Shown in pieces: positions 48,796-58,425 of a DNA stretch of 64,000 nt. The first letter of the stretch is position 1. Each line of letters begins with the position of its first letter. The stretch lies in the IMG/VR virus record IMGVR_UViG_3300045988_060114; one strand, written 5' to 3'. This stretch comes from a virus. The notes below the pieces were generated by a model that saw only the letters and a program-made list of their open reading frames with translations, ran no database searches and was not told the origin of the DNA. The position numbers were made by a program, and so were the translations under genes.

Positions 48796-50976
48796 TTATA
48801 TGATGGTTGCTGCCGAAACAGAAACCTTTCTTCTCATTACTCTTGCCTGATATTGAATCATCTTTGGCATTTCCATTTCATTGAAACAGATGTGAAGTCC
48901 GATGGCTCTGGTCATGAGCAAATCATCGTGCTTTCCGTCGATGGCTCCGTATGCTCCGTTCTTCTTACGCTCGTAGGTAAGGAACTCATTCAGGCATCGT
49001 TGGTCACGCTCAACGTATAGATGCTCTCTGACTACCTGAACCAAAACAGAGATAACCATTGGCTTGGTTGCCACATTGGTATGGAATCCGTACTTGCGTG
49101 GAAGACCTTCCTTGATGTCAGCTTCGCTCTGCTTGCGTGCATAGAGATTATCGTACTCATCCTTTATTTGATTCAGGATGAACTCAGACTGGTCACCACC
49201 TTCCAAGATGTGCTCCTTGTCTTTCGTCTCCAAGGTGTTGGATTCAATCACCAATAGGGCATTGTCGTAGTACTTGGCTATCTGAGCTGCCTTCCATGCC
49301 AGCAAGTCCATATCTATGTGCCCGTACCATTGGGCTACCACGTATGGTTTGCCGCCTTCTATCATCCAATATCGGTCGAAGACACAGATAACAGACCAGT
49401 CTGCCTTACTACCTCTACCGCCAATATCCACGACAACCAGATAGCGGTTTGTGACCTTGCAATCGTCAAAGTACTCTGGCTTGCTCCATATCCACAACTG
49501 CCCAGTCTTGTCTTCTGTGAATCGAACATTCTGTAGGCACTTCTTGCCCTTATATCCGTCTCCATACACATCACCGATGAACTTAGGTGCTCGGCAACCT
49601 TTCTTGAACTGGTCAACCTTCTCTTCTGCAAATACCTTGGCTCCTGAGTGCTTAAAGGCCTCTACTGGGTCAGAAGGGAATCCGCTAGCCATATCGCCAT
49701 GGTCAGTGAACTTCTTGCGCTCCATGATATACCAGTTGAGAGCTTCCAAAGGTGCTCCCATCTGCCACAACTTCCAAAGGTAGGTAACTGGCTCCTCACG
49801 ATTAGACATCGTGTTGGTGTTGTTGCGGTTGTCGTACAACCATTTTGCGAACTCCTCTTTCTGTTTCTTACTCTCGAAGTCAAGATGGTATAGGTCGTAA
49901 ATCTCGAACCAAGGTACGAAGAACGGCTCAAATACCGATTCTCCTGCTTCTGCTGCCAACCACTCCTGATGGAAGAAGTTTCCAGTACCATTTGCGGTTG
50001 ATTCATATACTATCATCGTGTATGGTCTGTAGAGTACACCATTGGTCGCATTCTGTACAACTTCCTCAGGAGACTTGCCTTCCGTCTTCTCCCACAATCC
50101 CACCTCGGAACAATGGATAAGGTTGTAGTCTTCACCATTGGCAGAAGTTGGTTTCTGCATGGAACCCACCTTGATTTTGCAGAATCTCTGAGGAACCTTC
50201 TTGACGTTACCTGATGTTCCGAATCCTACAAACTTAGGCTCGTTCTCGGTATATGCTTCTCCCATTTCATGCAGGAACTTGACTGGGAACATCTTCAATG
50301 CTTCATCAAACATTCCTCGGATGGTTTCTGCGGTGTCCTTGACCTGAGCCACGATGAGCGAATTGAGTCCCTTCTGCCACATGAGTTGCAGCCAAAGGAA
50401 GTACATCTGAATAACCGTTGAACCTCCCCATTGTCGGGCTTTCAGCAGGATGAGACGGATAGGGCGATTCTTCTTTCTACGCTCCTCCAGCCACCTGAGC
50501 AATCTACGCTGCGGTCTTCTGAGCACAAAGCGGAAGGGGAGACCTCCACCTTTCGGCTTGATATAAATGAATACGGCAAAGAAAAAGAATGGGTCATGTT
50601 TCATTCTGATGCGAGTAAACTGCTCCACCAGTTGTTCCATTTCCTCCTCCTCGTTGTACGGCTCGTCTATATCTTTGTGCAGTTCCTCGATTACTGCCTT
50701 GCAGCTACCCAATTCAATGAGCATCTTCACGAGCGGAATCTTCTTCATTGATATAGGAAGGTTCTGTTTCTGAATCGGGTAATCGGGCAGGAAGAGCTGG
50801 AACCGCTTATCTCCACAACCTTCACCCTTGACGGGATTGAAGGGCGTGTTGATTTCCTTGATGCGTTTCTCGTTCTCCTGAAGGATGGATTTATAGTGCT
50901 TGGCTAGTGCATCGGTTACTGGCGGCTTGGTGGCGGTTACTTGTCTTGGCATAGCGGTGCGTTTAGATAACCCCAC
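48796..50976 (-). CDS. terL: terminase large subunit
   Basis: LLKARQWGGSTV is a Walker A-like ATPase motif. The C-terminal VVDIGGRGSKADWSVICVFDR looks like an RNaseH-like nuclease. Size is 726 aa. Confidence 0.75.
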   Translation of the reverse strand: MGLSKRTAMPRQVTATKPPVTDALAKHYKSILQENEKRIKEINTPFNPVKGEGCGDKRFQLFLPDYPIQKQNLPISMKKIPLVKMLIELGSCKAVIEELHKDIDEPYNEEEEMEQLVEQFTRIRMKHDPFFFFAVFIYIKPKGGGLPFRFVLRRPQRRLLRWLEERRKKNRPIRLILLKARQWGGSTVIQMYFLWLQLMWQKGLNSLIVAQVKDTAETIRGMFDEALKMFPVKFLHEMGEAYTENEPKFVGFGTSGNVKKVPQRFCKIKVGSMQKPTSANGEDYNLIHCSEVGLWEKTEGKSPEEVVQNATNGVLYRPYTMIVYESTANGTGNFFHQEWLAAEAGESVFEPFFVPWFEIYDLYHLDFESKKQKEEFAKWLYDNRNNTNTMSNREEPVTYLWKLWQMGAPLEALNWYIMERKKFTDHGDMASGFPSDPVEAFKHSGAKVFAEEKVDQFKKGCRAPKFIGDVYGDGYKGKKCLQNVRFTEDKTGQLWIWSKPEYFDDCKVTNRYLVVVDIGGRGSKADWSVICVFDRYWMIEGGKPYVVAQWYGHIDMDLLAWKAAQIAKYYDNALLVIESNTLETKDKEHILEGGDQSEFILNQIKDEYDNLYARKQSEADIKEGLPRKYGFHTNVATKPMVISVLVQVVREHLYVERDQRCLNEFLTYERKKNGAYGAIDGKHDDLLMTRAIGLHICFNEMEMPKMIQYQARVMRRKVSVSAATII

Positions 50977-51416
50977 AACAGACCAAGTACATAGCAGTAG
51001 ATGTGGACTCCAACTGCCATGCAGGGAATGAAGATTCCGATACTGATATAGATTAAGATAATTGTATTGTACCTTATCTTATTATTAACGTAAGGGGCAA
51101 TAAAGCCCATGTAGGCATAGATAAAACCGCTGAGACCAATGATTGGTACGGAGGATTGGTAAGGATAGCTGATAGCGATGAGATAGAATGCGACCATGTG
51201 ACCGATGCCACAAGGTATGGCTCGATAACACTGATGGAAAACATATAAGTTGATGGCGGCATGGAAGACGTTCTGATGAAAGAACGGATAACTGATGCGC
51301 TGCCAAAGAGTGCAGCCATCTGACAAGCCCATGCCGTCATAGCCCATAAAAGTGATACACATTATTATAATGTACCCTGCATAAAGCGCAATCTTCTCTT
51401 TCGCTCCTCGTAGCAT
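50937..51416 (-). CDS. compact rhomboid-family intramembrane serine protease homologue
   Basis: FFHQNVFHAAIN (H-x4-H-x3-N), IIGLSGFIYAYMG (GxSG) and AVGVHIYCYVLGLLWG (His plus GxxxG), in the canonical TM2/TM4/TM6 order. An alternative ATG is at 51362. Confidence 0.7.
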   Translation of the reverse strand: MLRGAKEKIALYAGYIIIMCITFMGYDGMGLSDGCTLWQRISYPFFHQNVFHAAINLYVFHQCYRAIPCGIGHMVAFYLIAISYPYQSSVPIIGLSGFIYAYMGFIAPYVNNKIRYNTIILIYISIGIFIPCMAVGVHIYCYVLGLLWGYLNAPLCQDK

Positions 51417-51820
51417 CTTTTCTTCTCCTCCTTTCTCACCCTATAAAGTATGACGTGCATGGTTTGCGGAGTAAGATAGAAGCTGGGTGCTGGCTCGTAG
51501 CATACACGTTTGATAATATCCATCTTGGATAAGTGTGGATATTGCTTTCTATAATTCTTGAATCTTCTGAAAATCTCCTGATACATTGCCCTTCTGGTTG
51601 GTATCATATAATCAATGGATTTTCCCAACAATAAGTCTAATATGACTATATAAGCACGGTCTTCTGAGACCCAAAATCTACAGCTCGGAGACTGGGATAG
51701 TTTTTCCTCAATCTCTGAGAGTGTTATATTGTCTCCTGTCGTAAGTATCTCACGATAAGCCCTCAATATATCAGCATCACGTTCTTCTTTAAAATCACAT
51801 CGTGAATCCTTATATTTCAT
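51365..51820 (-). CDS. hypothetical protein (possible small terminase/DNA-binding by position)
   Basis: ATG at 51820, just downstream of a TATATTTG box. First gene of the unit that contains the rhomboid and terL genes. Confidence 0.35.
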   Translation of the reverse strand: MKYKDSRCDFKEERDADILRAYREILTTGDNITLSEIEEKLSQSPSCRFWVSEDRAYIVILDLLLGKSIDYMIPTRRAMYQEIFRRFKNYRKQYPHLSKMDIIKRVCYEPAPSFYLTPQTMHVILYRVRKEEKKRCYEERKRRLRFMQGTL

Positions 51821-51831
51821 ATCTGACCCTG

Positions 51832-51839
51832 CAAATATA
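51832..51839 (-). promoter_or_regulatory. TAnnTTTG box (TATATTTG on the minus strand)
   Basis: The reverse complement of CAAATATA lies 12 nt upstream of the ATG at 51820. Confidence 0.4.
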
Positions 51840-51878
51840 CAAAAAATAATTGAATTAGTCGTATTAGAATAACGATAA

Positions 51879-51921
51879 TTAACGGATAAAGTAGAAATTA
51901 GCCGAAAAAGCATTAATTTTG
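51879..51921 (+). promoter_or_regulatory. late promoter (TTAACGGATAA-N24-TAATTTTG) of the head operon
   Basis: Element at 51879-51889, box at 51914-51921, ATG at 51953. Confidence 0.65.
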
Positions 51922-51952
51922 GGCATTGATTTATAAATTAATACATATATAT

Positions 51953-52768
51953 ATGCCAGATAATACAAATATTGAACAGAATGCTGGTGCTGCCAAGCAG
52001 CAGGAAACAAAGACCAAGAGAGACTTGGCTTTGGAGCGTTTGAAGACCCGACACCCCGACACAGAGTATGCGGATGATGAAGCTATGTATGGCGCAATCA
52101 ATGATGATTATGATGCAGACCAGAAGGCTTTGCAGGGTTATAAGGATAATGAGAAGGCGATGGGTGACTGGTTGGGCAGTGACCCTGAGGCAGCTACCTT
52201 CCTACAAGCAATGAAGGCAGGTAAGAGTCCTTACGCTGAGTTGATTCGTACACATGGCGAGGATGCCATTGACTACTACTCTGACCCTGACAATGCGGAT
52301 GAGATTGCATCGGCTCAGTCGGAGTTCTTGCAGAATGCTGCCAACGGCAAGAAATTGCAGGAGGAGTATGACAAGAACATGCCATCCAGCTATGAAGTAT
52401 TCGACAAGTTGGAGGAGAAATATGGCGAGGAAGCGGTGAATGAAGCCATCGACCAATGCTTTCAGACTATGCGTAATGTGGTGACTGGCAAGTTTACAGA
52501 GGAAATGATTACTGCTTTCATCAAGGCTAAGAACCATGATACCGATGTGGCTGATGCAGCCCATGAAGGTGAGGTTCGTGGCAAGAACAGCAAGCACGTC
52601 AAGAACTTGCAGCTACGCAAGAAGGGTGATGGTACTGCCGACCTTGATTCTGCCAATGCGGAGACCAAACAGACAGATAACCAGCCAAACCTTGGTGCGC
52701 TTGGTAGGGCATCACGTAGGGGAAATATCTGGGAGCGTGGCAATGAGAAGAGAACACGCATTCGATAA
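51953..52768 (+). CDS. scaffold-like acidic helical protein (by position)
   Basis: 271 aa, acidic and helical, immediately upstream of the capsid gene. The C-terminus is NIWERGNEKRTRIR. Confidence 0.35.
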   Translation: MPDNTNIEQNAGAAKQQETKTKRDLALERLKTRHPDTEYADDEAMYGAINDDYDADQKALQGYKDNEKAMGDWLGSDPEAATFLQAMKAGKSPYAELIRTHGEDAIDYYSDPDNADEIASAQSEFLQNAANGKKLQEEYDKNMPSSYEVFDKLEEKYGEEAVNEAIDQCFQTMRNVVTGKFTEEMITAFIKAKNHDTDVADAAHEGEVRGKNSKHVKNLQLRKKGDGTADLDSANAETKQTDNQPNLGALGRASRRGNIWERGNEKRTRIR

Positions 52769-52813
52769 GGTGAAAAGATAATATATAATGTTTAATTAAT
52801 ATTTTGGATAACA

Positions 52814-54355
52814 ATGAAGAAAAGTAACAAATTTAATCGGCTGCTTTCTATCTTTATGATGGTTATGGCAGTTATTTTTGGAGTGAATGGTCAGGTTATC
52901 ATGGCTGAGGCGGCTCTGCCTGATGGCGGTAGTACCGAGAGTGGTCACGCTGCGGAGGCTGGTGGTGCTACTGCTGCCGATGATGCTGGCAATGGCGGTG
53001 CTGCTCGTCAGGATGATGGTATTGCTACCGAAACCAAGGGTCGTGAGCATTATAACGAGAATGGCACGGAGTTCTATGAGAACGACATCAACGATAAGAT
53101 TACCAAGATTCGTCCGATGGCTACGCCAGTTGACCAGATTTCACGCTATGCTACAACTAAGTCTGCTGGCTCGTTTGTAGTTGAGTATTGGAGTATTGGT
53201 ACACGTCCTATCAAGACTACCGTCAAGGAGACTACATTGGAAAGTACTGGTACATCTATGGTATTGAAGGTAGAAGACCCTGAAATGTTTACGCTGGATG
53301 ATACCATCCGAGTGGTAGGTGTTAAGGCGATTACCAACTACAAGAATCAGGCTTATGCAGACCTTACCGATGAACCTACTCCTGATTTGGAACTTTGTGT
53401 GTGCGGTAAGGATAATGAGGGTTATCCTATTGTGTTTGCGGTAAATGGCAAATTGGTTAAGAAGCAGCCTATTGGTATTCCAGCCTTACAGAAGGGTCAG
53501 AAACTTATCCGTATGGCTAAGAGTTGCGGTGAGTTGGACGTACAGACGGGTCGTTTCAACAACCTTCCTGATTCTGATGTTCAGTACTGCCAGAACTTCA
53601 TGATTCAGGTTGAGGAGAGCACCTTCAATAAGATTGCTGCTAAGCGAGTAGATTGGGACTTCTCTGACATCGAGGAGGATAGTATCTACGATATGCGTCT
53701 TGCTATGGAGGGTACTTATCTCTTCGGTGATATGGCTTGTATCAAGCATACTACCAAAAACAACTCTACTCAGTGGTTTACAAAGGGTATCTGGTGGATG
53801 GCTGGTAAGGACATTGAGGTAGGTCATGTTGCTACTGCTGACGATATAAAGAAGGGCTATGGTAAGAATGAGCGAGTGATTACAGACTTGGAGTTGGTTG
53901 ACATTTCCAAGGACTTGTTTGTTGGTACTGGTATCGGCAACAAGCGCAAGGTGATTATCGCTGGCTCTGCCTTTGTGAGTGCATTCAGTAAGATTGACTC
54001 TGACAAGTTCCGCTTGAAGGACACCGTAGAGGTTTGGGACTTGAAGTTCAAGAGTTGGGAGACCGACTTCGGTGAGGTGCTGATGATTCACTCTGAGTTG
54101 TTTGACCTCTTCGATATGAGTGACTGCGGCTTTGCCCTTGACCCTGAGTTCTTGGTTAAGCGAGTACACTTGTCTTGGACACGTAACGTGCTCGACTTGA
54201 AGAAGGCTGGCATCCGTAACACCGATGCAGTAGTTATTCAGGAGGTAGCTTGTCTGTACTTGAAGTACCCTAAGGCACACGCTCGTATGCGCCTTGCTGC
54301 GGTTCCTGCAACAGAAAGTGCAACTGATACAGAAGAGACCAAGGCTGCTGCCTAA
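52814..54355 (+). CDS. major capsid protein (putative)
   Basis: Size, position after the scaffold-like gene and a strong terminator downstream. An alternative start is at 52901 (MAEAALPDGG). Confidence 0.5.
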   Translation: MKKSNKFNRLLSIFMMVMAVIFGVNGQVIMAEAALPDGGSTESGHAAEAGGATAADDAGNGGAARQDDGIATETKGREHYNENGTEFYENDINDKITKIRPMATPVDQISRYATTKSAGSFVVEYWSIGTRPIKTTVKETTLESTGTSMVLKVEDPEMFTLDDTIRVVGVKAITNYKNQAYADLTDEPTPDLELCVCGKDNEGYPIVFAVNGKLVKKQPIGIPALQKGQKLIRMAKSCGELDVQTGRFNNLPDSDVQYCQNFMIQVEESTFNKIAAKRVDWDFSDIEEDSIYDMRLAMEGTYLFGDMACIKHTTKNNSTQWFTKGIWWMAGKDIEVGHVATADDIKKGYGKNERVITDLELVDISKDLFVGTGIGNKRKVIIAGSAFVSAFSKIDSDKFRLKDTVEVWDLKFKSWETDFGEVLMIHSELFDLFDMSDCGFALDPEFLVKRVHLSWTRNVLDLKKAGIRNTDAVVIQEVACLYLKYPKAHARMRLAAVPATESATDTEETKAAA

Positions 54356-54392
54356 AAGCAAGTAGATTTGTAAATTATTCATTAAATAGTGA

Positions 54393-54423
54393 GGGGTGTG
54401 GGCACTAGCCCCATCCCTTTTTT
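54393..54423 (+). terminator. rho-independent terminator after the capsid gene
   Basis: GC-rich hairpin GGGGTGTGGGC-ACTA-GCCCCATCCC followed by TTTTTT. Confidence 0.6.
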
Positions 54424-54451
54424 AGTAACACATATATAATAAGGTATAATC

Positions 54452-54859
54452 ATGTTTAAGAAATATCAAGCTGGTTCGGATTTAGCATTCAGCGTTATGG
54501 TAGGTAACGAGCGAATGCGTATTGTTTTTGAGGGTAAGACCATGGGAAGTAGTATCTATATGACAAGAGACCCTAAGGTACAGAAGGCTATCGAGTCTCA
54601 TTATTGGTTCAACGACAAATTCTTCTTGGTGGAGAGTATTGACGAGAAGAAGGAAGCTGCGGAAGCCAAGAAGAAGGCTGCTGCCAAGGCAAAGAAGAAG
54701 GTGGCTGACGAGAAGAAGACTCACATTGTGACAGATGTTGAGGATGCCAAGGAATATCTGGCAGAGACCTTCGGTGTGAGTCGTTCCAAGATGAAGACCA
54801 AGGACGATATTTTGGCGATTGCCAAAGAGAAGGGTGTTGAACTAGAAGGATTGGAATAA
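54452..54859 (+). CDS. Lys/Ala-rich head-associated protein (hypothetical)
   Basis: 135 aa, containing KKEAAEAKKKAAAKAKKK. Confidence 0.45.
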   Translation: MFKKYQAGSDLAFSVMVGNERMRIVFEGKTMGSSIYMTRDPKVQKAIESHYWFNDKFFLVESIDEKKEAAEAKKKAAAKAKKKVADEKKTHIVTDVEDAKEYLAETFGVSRSKMKTKDDILAIAKEKGVELEGLE

Positions 54860-55515
54860 TGAGTACGTATGCTGTATCTGAACTGGTGAAAGAAGTGAAG
54901 GTGCTCTTGGACAGGAACCAAGAGACTTCGGGCTTGCTGACTCCTACCGATACTGATACCTTGTCACAAGGCGAGTTGATTCAGAGTAAGATAGTAGATG
55001 CAGCAAGAATCATATTGAAGGATGCTCCTGCCAGTATGCTGGATGGTAAGACTTTCAATGAATTGAATACTGCTTGGGCTGAATCAAATGGTGCTTATGT
55101 GGGAACCGTCTATCTGCCTTCCGACATGATTAGACTCCTTAACGTGAAGGCTAGTGACTGGAACCGCTCGGCTGAGATAATAACAGAAGAGGATGATGCC
55201 TACAAGATTCAGTGTAACCGATTCGGAGTAAGGGGAAATCCTGAGCGACCTATCGCTGCACTCATTCATAATAGCGGTAATCGGTACTTGGAACTTTTCA
55301 CAAGCAAGAGTAATACGGCTACCGTATCGCTTACCTATGTGGGTATGCCTTCTATTAGTGAAGGTAATATTGATTTGCCTGAAACATTGAAGGATTCCAT
55401 CGTGTATATGGCTGGCTACCTCACTTGCATCAGTCTTGGCGATACCGATACCGCAAGCGGATTGCTTGGGGTGGCTCGGAAGCTGGCACATATTGTTGAA
55501 CCTACAACATCATAA
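54859..55515 (+). CDS. structural protein (hypothetical, possible head-tail adaptor)
   Basis: 218 aa. The start overlaps the upstream stop (TAATG). Lies between the capsid and portal-like genes. Confidence 0.4.
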   Translation: MSTYAVSELVKEVKVLLDRNQETSGLLTPTDTDTLSQGELIQSKIVDAARIILKDAPASMLDGKTFNELNTAWAESNGAYVGTVYLPSDMIRLLNVKASDWNRSAEIITEEDDAYKIQCNRFGVRGNPERPIAALIHNSGNRYLELFTSKSNTATVSLTYVGMPSISEGNIDLPETLKDSIVYMAGYLTCISLGDTDTASGLLGVARKLAHIVEPTTS

Positions 55516-55518
55516 ATT

Positions 55519-57555
55519 ATGGCAAAGAAGAAAGAAGAAACAAAACTGCTATCGTTGAGCAGGGTGCTTGACAAGGAAGAACTGGATAGCGTGAAGGCAT
55601 CCAAGAACCGATTTGACAAGCCATACGAGCGTGCCTTCTCTATCTTGCTGGAGGCTCAGCGATATTACAATAACATGGATAACTTCCGAAAGCGAAGACT
55701 GAGAAACAAGCGATATTGCTATGGAGACCAATGGGGAGATACCATTGAGTTCAAAAGCAAGTGTGGCTTTACTAAGCGTATCAGGGAGGAAGACTATATC
55801 CGTGAGCAGGGTAGCGAACCATTGAAGAACAACCTTATCCGTAGGTTGGTGAAGAATGTGCTGGGTGTATATCGCTCTCAGAGCAAGGAGCCAACATGTA
55901 ACGCAAGAGATAAGGATGAGAAGCGATATGGTGAGACCATGAGCGTGGTGCTGCAATGTAACCGACAACTGAACCGAGAGACGGAACTGGATGCACGAAC
56001 CATGGAAGAGTTCATGATAAGCGGTGCTGCTATCTATAAGAAGAAGTATGGATGGCGAAGAGGTAGGTTGGATTGCTGGACAGACTACGTGAACCCGAAC
56101 AATTTCTTCATAGACAACAATATGAGGGATTTCCGTGGTTGGGACGTGAGTTGTTTGGGTGAGGTGCATGATATTACCATTGGCAACGTACTGAGAGAGT
56201 TTGCCAAGTCTCCTGCTGAGGCTCGTAAGTTGAAGGAGATATACAGACTGGCAGCTAATAGAGATTTTGTGATTGCTGACTGCACTCAGCGATTTGGTGA
56301 GTTCGACCCTAAGACTATCGACTTTATGAATCCTGCCAATCCTTCGCTCTGCCGAGTGATTGAGGTTTGGCGAAAGGAGAGTAAACCGAGATACCGATGC
56401 CATGATTACAACAATGGTGACGATTTCAAGATTGATATTGAGGATAAGGCTGATATTGTAGATGCAGAGAACAGAAACCGAATCAGGAGAGGTCTGGCTG
56501 CTGGCATGCTGGAAGAGGATATTCCTCTGATTGATGCCGAGTGGTTTATGGATGATTACTGGCATTTCTATTATCTTTCTCCTTTCGGTGATATTCTGAG
56601 AGAAGGCGAGACCCCTTATGCTCATGGTGAGCATCCATATTGTTTCAAGTTCTATCCATTCATTGATGGCGAGATTCACAGCTTCGTGGAAGATGTGATA
56701 GACCAGCAGAGATACGTGAACCGACTTATTACGATGTATGACTTCATCATGCGTGCGAGTGCCAAGGGTGTGCTGCTCTGTCCTGAGGATTGTCTTCCTG
56801 ATGATATGAGTTGGGATGATTTCTGCGATGAGTGGAGTAGATTTAATGGTGTGGTGAGATACAAGCCAAACAAGAGTGGTCAGGTTCCTCAGCAAGTTGC
56901 CAACAACTCTACGAATATCGGTATCGGTGACTTGCTCAGTTATCAGTTGAAGTTCTTCGAGGATATATCAGGAGTGAATGGTGCGCTGCAAGGGAAACAA
57001 GGAGTATCGGGTACGAGCGGTTCGCTCTATGCACAGCAGACACAGAATGCTACCATGTCGCTGCTTGATATTTTGGAGAGTTTCAGCCAGTTTATCATTG
57101 ATGGTGCTTACAAGACCGTTAAGAATATGCAGCAGTACTATGATGTGGCTCGCAACTTCAATATTGTGGGTAGGGCAGGACAGATAGTGCGCTATGACCC
57201 TAAGAAGATTAGAGACGTGGAGTTTGACATCAACATCACGGAAAGTACGGCTACTCCTGTATACAGACAGATGGCAAATGAGTTCCTTATGACCTTGTGG
57301 CAGAATCAGGCTATCACGCTGGAGCAGTTGCTGCAAGTAGGAGATTTCCCATTTGGAGAGGAGTTGCTGCAATCGGTTGCTTCCAACCAGCAAGCCATTC
57401 AGAATGGTGAGACTCCACAAGGATTCTCTCCTCAGCTTCAAGCCCAAGTGGCTCAGGCATCACAGAGCAATCCGAAGGCTCAGGCGATGTTGCAGCAGAT
57501 GATGAGCGGTCAGGGAGTTAGTCCTGACGGACAGAATCCACCATTGGCGGCTTAG
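55519..57555 (+). CDS. portal protein (putative)
   Basis: 678 aa, with the N-terminal CYGDQWGD motif region and a Q-rich flexible C-terminus, in a head-module context. Confidence 0.5.
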   Translation: MAKKKEETKLLSLSRVLDKEELDSVKASKNRFDKPYERAFSILLEAQRYYNNMDNFRKRRLRNKRYCYGDQWGDTIEFKSKCGFTKRIREEDYIREQGSEPLKNNLIRRLVKNVLGVYRSQSKEPTCNARDKDEKRYGETMSVVLQCNRQLNRETELDARTMEEFMISGAAIYKKKYGWRRGRLDCWTDYVNPNNFFIDNNMRDFRGWDVSCLGEVHDITIGNVLREFAKSPAEARKLKEIYRLAANRDFVIADCTQRFGEFDPKTIDFMNPANPSLCRVIEVWRKESKPRYRCHDYNNGDDFKIDIEDKADIVDAENRNRIRRGLAAGMLEEDIPLIDAEWFMDDYWHFYYLSPFGDILREGETPYAHGEHPYCFKFYPFIDGEIHSFVEDVIDQQRYVNRLITMYDFIMRASAKGVLLCPEDCLPDDMSWDDFCDEWSRFNGVVRYKPNKSGQVPQQVANNSTNIGIGDLLSYQLKFFEDISGVNGALQGKQGVSGTSGSLYAQQTQNATMSLLDILESFSQFIIDGAYKTVKNMQQYYDVARNFNIVGRAGQIVRYDPKKIRDVEFDINITESTATPVYRQMANEFLMTLWQNQAITLEQLLQVGDFPFGEELLQSVASNQQAIQNGETPQGFSPQLQAQVAQASQSNPKAQAMLQQMMSGQGVSPDGQNPPLAA

Positions 57556-57585
57556 TTTATAGTTTATAGTTAATAGTTTATAGTT
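57556..57585 (+). repeat. heptamer microsatellite TTTATAG x4 (one variant TTAATAG)
   Basis: It fills the whole gap between the portal stop and the next ATG. Confidence 0.85.
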
Positions 57586-57807
57586 ATGATTGCAGACAAA
57601 CCAAACGACAAGAAATGGTATGGCAATGGGAAACCTGATGCCAGCCAAAGTGGCAATGCCAGCAAGGGTATTGCTACGGAGACCCAAGGGAGGGAAGACA
57701 AGCCCGAACTTTACGAGAATGACGTTATCGGAAAGGTGGCGAAACGGAAGAAAAACGACATCTGGACGAGGGGTAGAGAGAAGAGAACCAGATTTAAGGA
57801 CGAATAA
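57586..57807 (+). CDS. small protein combining capsid-N-arm-like and scaffold-C-tail-like motifs
   Basis: GIATETQGRE...LYENDVIGKV matches capsid GIATETKGRE...FYENDINDKI. NDIWTRGREKRTRF matches scaffold-like NIWERGNEKRTRI. Confidence 0.5.
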   Translation: MIADKPNDKKWYGNGKPDASQSGNASKGIATETQGREDKPELYENDVIGKVAKRKKNDIWTRGREKRTRFKDE

Positions 57808-57871
57808 AGAAAGGAGGTGTTTTTATCGTAACTGTATTTGTCTGATATTCAGATAGCTACAGAAATATCTG

Positions 57872-57910
57872 CGAGTTTATGGTGCTGCGTTTAAGATATT
57901 GGTATCTTTG
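57872..57910 (+). promoter_or_regulatory. promoter (CGAGTTTAT-N22-TATCTTTG)
   Basis: Box at 57903-57910. Same upstream 9-mer and 31-nt offset as the site at 37517. Confidence 0.5.
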
Positions 57911-57939
57911 CAACATCATAAACTTTTAATTTTTATATT

Positions 57940-58425
57940 ATGGATTTTGTAGATTTCGTAGAAAAGTATCAGCAGGAGTTGACTCCTGAACAGATGTTGG
58001 CAGTAGCTAAGGCAGTCGGCAAGTATCTCTCATGCAAGTTGAGCGATGTGGAGGAGCATCATCTTTGTGCGATGGTGTATGGAGTGTTGAGTGAAGAACA
58101 TTTCGACAAGCACTTTGCCGATGATGCTATCAACAAGATGTGGTATGAGGATGCTGACGGAACTAAGCACATGGCTCCCTTCTTCTCGGATGATGAGATA
58201 AGAGAAGCCTTTGACAAGCATCAGGATGATATTTCTGATTACACCATTTATGACTTGGCGGTAACTATGAATCTGTTGAGGAGTGACCATCATCTGCTGC
58301 TGGAGAGATTCAGTAAGGATGCAGATGAAATGAAGGAAATGGTGGTTCTGATGGCTATAGAGTATCTGCAAGACCCTGATTGCTTGCATCCGACAAGCAA
58401 AATATGGCATACTATTAACGGATAA
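57940..58425 (+). CDS. hypothetical acidic protein
   Basis: 161 aa ATG ORF. Confidence 0.5.
   Translation: MDFVDFVEKYQQELTPEQMLAVAKAVGKYLSCKLSDVEEHHLCAMVYGVLSEEHFDKHFADDAINKMWYEDADGTKHMAPFFSDDEIREAFDKHQDDISDYTIYDLAVTMNLLRSDHHLLLERFSKDADEMKEMVVLMAIEYLQDPDCLHPTSKIWHTING

Noticed and set aside
52814-52900. The hydrophobic N-terminus of the capsid ORF (MKKSNKFNRLLSIFMMVMAVIFGVNG) looks like a signal peptide.
   Set aside because: An exported capsid protein makes little sense. The true start is more likely the in-frame ATG at 52901. The call is kept as an alternative start, not as a finding.
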